Source: Actinomycetota bacterium
GTDB lineage: Bacteria; Actinomycetota; Acidimicrobiia; Acidimicrobiales; Ilumatobacteraceae
DNA length: 28,792 nucleotides
NCBI GenBank assembly: GCA_043725585.1
Contig: JAYSLK010000305.1
Location: forward strand, 1-28,792
Reading direction: 5' to 3'
The notes beneath the pieces were generated by a model that saw only the letters and a list, made by a program, of their open reading frames with translations, ran no database searches and was not told the origin of the DNA. Each line of letters begins with the position of its first letter. Position 1 is the stretch's first letter. Of the stretch, positions 26,668 through 28,792 are shown piece after piece. The position numbers and the translations under genes were made by a program.

Positions 26668-27282
26668 CTACGGATGGCGTGCCATCGAATCAGCGATCTG
26701 TTGACGTGCGCGGTCATGAGATCTGAGACCGTCGATCACGCCGCCGCGATCCTCGTCCGATCGGTTCTGACTGAGCTTGCGCTTGGCCTCGACGCGGTCG
26801 ACGTGCAGCTCGACGCCGACGATCCCCTTGGCGAGGGCCGCGATGTAGTCGGCGGGGGCGTCGCCGGACGACCATGGTCGAGGCATCGACGCTTCGTTGA
26901 GATCGGTGAGCTCGTCCACCTGACGCCGCACCCAGGCGGGATCGTCGTGCGCTTCGAGCCGCCCGTGCAGGTGGACGACCTCGTAGTTCCAGGTCGGCAC
27001 CACCTTGGCGTGCGCTCGCTTGGACGGATACCAGGTCGGCGACACATAGGCATTCGACACGGTCACGATCAACAGCGCATCGCATGGAGCGGCTCGCCAG
27101 ATCGTGTTCGGTCGGGCGACGTGTGCACGCACCGAACCGATCGAGTCGTCCACGACGAACGGCAACGGTGTCGCTTCCAGTCCACCGTCGATGGAGCACA
27201 CGAGGTGCCCGAAGCCGGCCCGCCGTACGAGCGCGAGGATGACCTCGTCGCCGGACTCCACGAAATCGCGTGGCAGGTACAT
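26668..27282 (-). CDS. FMN-binding PaiB-like negative transcriptional regulator
   Basis: MYLP, ATPLPF, HVARPN, AYVSPTWY, VPTWNYEVVH, KLSQNR. TAGGGT 7 nt before ATG 27282. Confidence 0.92.
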   Translation of the reverse strand: MYLPRDFVESGDEVILALVRRAGFGHLVCSIDGGLEATPLPFVVDDSIGSVRAHVARPNTIWRAAPCDALLIVTVSNAYVSPTWYPSKRAHAKVVPTWNYEVVHLHGRLEAHDDPAWVRRQVDELTDLNEASMPRPWSSGDAPADYIAALAKGIVGVELHVDRVEAKRKLSQNRSDEDRGGVIDGLRSHDRARQQIADSMARHP

Positions 27283-27363
27283 GAGGCCGACCCTACCGGT
27301 GCCGATTCCATCGCGCCGGGGCCCACCGGGGTGGCGATTGTCCGCCACGCCGCTGCGTGGTGC

Positions 27364-27717
27364 TCATCGGCTGAGGTGCCACTCGCCCGACGCGAGTTGG
27401 TCGGTGGTGATGGTGAGCGTCGGGACGCCGCGAAGGGGGTAGTAGTCGAGCGCCAACGTGACGCTCGCCGGGTTCACCTCTTGGATGCACACCACCTGCT
27501 CCTCCCCGGTCGCTCCATTGTGGAGCGTCCAGCGCTCGGCGAGCGCGGCGAGTCCCTCGGCGAGGATCTGTGCCTCGGCCGACTCGCGGCTCTCGTGGCG
27601 GCCGAGCACGGCGCCGAACACCGCGAGCGCGAGCCAGTGCGCGTCGCGCCCGACCACATGGCCGCACAGCTCGTCGTCCTCCGGTCGGCGCACTTCCTCC
27701 ACCTCGCTCGCATGCAT
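27364..27717 (-). CDS. Hypothetical protein (117 aa)
   Basis: Protein-like C-terminal part of track ORF 27364..27984; CATGCT 6 nt before ATG 27717. Confidence 0.7.
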   Translation of the reverse strand: MHASEVEEVRRPEDDELCGHVVGRDAHWLALAVFGAVLGRHESRESAEAQILAEGLAALAERWTLHNGATGEEQVVCIQEVNPASVTLALDYYPLRGVPTLTITTDQLASGEWHLSR

Positions 27718-27879
27718 GTGACGAGCATGGCACTCGGACGACGGCGTTCGAGCCGGAGTTCCCGCGACGCGACGCAGCACCACCCGCGCCGAGACACTCC
27801 ATGGCATCCCGCACCGCCCGATGCCGCACCAGCCTGCCCGGAGGAACGTCGTCCAGGCCAGCCGAAGGCGGCGGATCGG

Positions 27880-27901
27880 TGACACACCCCGGCGGTACGG
27901 T
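27880..27901 (+). promoter_or_regulatory. Promoter of the SWIM gene, candidate PafBC-type variant
   Basis: TGACAC-accccggcgg-TACGGT, 9 nt before ATG 27911; same geometry as the 5250-5271 element. Confidence 0.45.
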
Positions 27902-27910
27902 GACGGCCTG

Positions 27911-28792
27911 ATGAGTGTTCGTCCCACCCCGGAGCAGGTGCTGTTGCTGGCACCCGATCGAGCTGCGGCCGCAGCGGCTGCCACCGCGGCCGACCCCGGT
28001 TCGTGGTCGGCAGCCGGGTGCGACGACGACGCGGTGTGGGGTCAGTACATCGCCAGGTCGGCCGAGCCGTACGAGGTGGCCGTCGACCTCGGCGGTCCCG
28101 CCTTCCGGTGCACCTGCCCAAGTCGCAAGGTGCCCTGCAAGCACTGCCTGGGACTGTTGCTCATGCACGCCCAGCAGCACGTCGTGCCCGCCAAGCGTCT
28201 GCCGTTCGCTCAGCAGTGGATGCAGCGTCGCGATCGGCACCCGACGGTTCATCGTGCCGATGTGGTGCCCGACGTCCAGGGCGCTGGCGATGACGAGGTG
28301 GGCGTGGAGGGCGATGCCGCCGGGGTGCGCACGGGGGTGCGCGGCGGGGGAGCCGACCCGCAACGAGAGCAACGCCGGCTCGACCGGGCCGAGCGCATGC
28401 GGGCGGGTCTGATGGAGCTCGACCGGTGGTTGGCCGATCGTGTGCGCACCGGCCTGGCCGCCCCGGCGCTCGCCGAAACCGACACGTGGGACCGCGTGGC
28501 CGCTCGGCTGGTCGATGCTCAGTGCGGCGGCCTTGCCAATCGGGTGAAGCGGGTGGCCACCCGCATCGGTCAGCACGCTCGTTGGCACGAGGACGTGCTC
28601 GAGGAGATGGCCCTGCTTCACGCCCTCGCCCAGGGAGCGCTGCGCACGTCGACACTGCCGATCGAGCTCGCCGATGGCGTGCACGCAGCATCGAGCCTCA
28701 CGATCAGCAAGGACGACGTGCTTTCCGGCGTGCCGACCACCGCCCGTTGGACTGTGTTGGGCGAGAGCCGCGTGCGCGAGGACAAGATCACG
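27911..28792 (+). CDS. SWIM zinc-finger protein (YehQ-like; runs off the right edge)
   Basis: Hand translation (absent from ORF track): MSVRPTPEQVLLLAPD...AVWG...EPYEV.VDL..PAFRCTCPSRKVPCKHCLGLLL (CxC...CxH), then RLVDAQ.GGLA. Confidence 0.9.
   Translation, partial: MSVRPTPEQVLLLAPDRAAAAAAATAADPGSWSAAGCDDDAVWGQYIARSAEPYEVAVDLGGPAFRCTCPSRKVPCKHCLGLLLMHAQQHVVPAKRLPFAQQWMQRRDRHPTVHRADVVPDVQGAGDDEVGVEGDAAGVRTGVRGGGADPQREQRRLDRAERMRAGLMELDRWLADRVRTGLAAPALAETDTWDRVAARLVDAQCGGLANRVKRVATRIGQHARWHEDVLEEMALLHALAQGALRTSTLPIELADGVHAASSLTISKDDVLSGVPTTARWTVLGESRVREDKIT

Overview
High-GC actinobacterial chromosomal DNA, probably Acidimicrobiia/Ilumatobacter-like (inferred from gene content and leaderless TANNNT promoters, not database-checked). 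About 30 mostly housekeeping or metabolic CDSs: phoD, P450, B12-binding domain, pafB-pafC, DEDDh exonuclease, WhiB, PIN-PhoH, HU, cofC, selD, rnhB, CinA/PncC, map, form II CoxL-like, cystathionine beta-synthase and gamma-lyase/synthase, and a SWIM protein. I saw no rRNA, tRNA, CRISPR array or transposase. Many long ORFs in the track are antisense shadows, and the track misses phoD, the SWIM gene and a 40-aa peptide. Main observations: (1) HU is followed by a separately translated 40-aa AKKAAP-repeat peptide, like a split mycobacterial HupB. (2) An exact PafBC-type promoter (TGTCGG-N10-TA-N3-T) precedes selD, with two related candidates before the exonuclease and SWIM genes. (3) An apparent deletion scar joins a decayed vapBC module to an alpha/beta-hydrolase remnant, bracketed by three copies of a REP-like palindrome.
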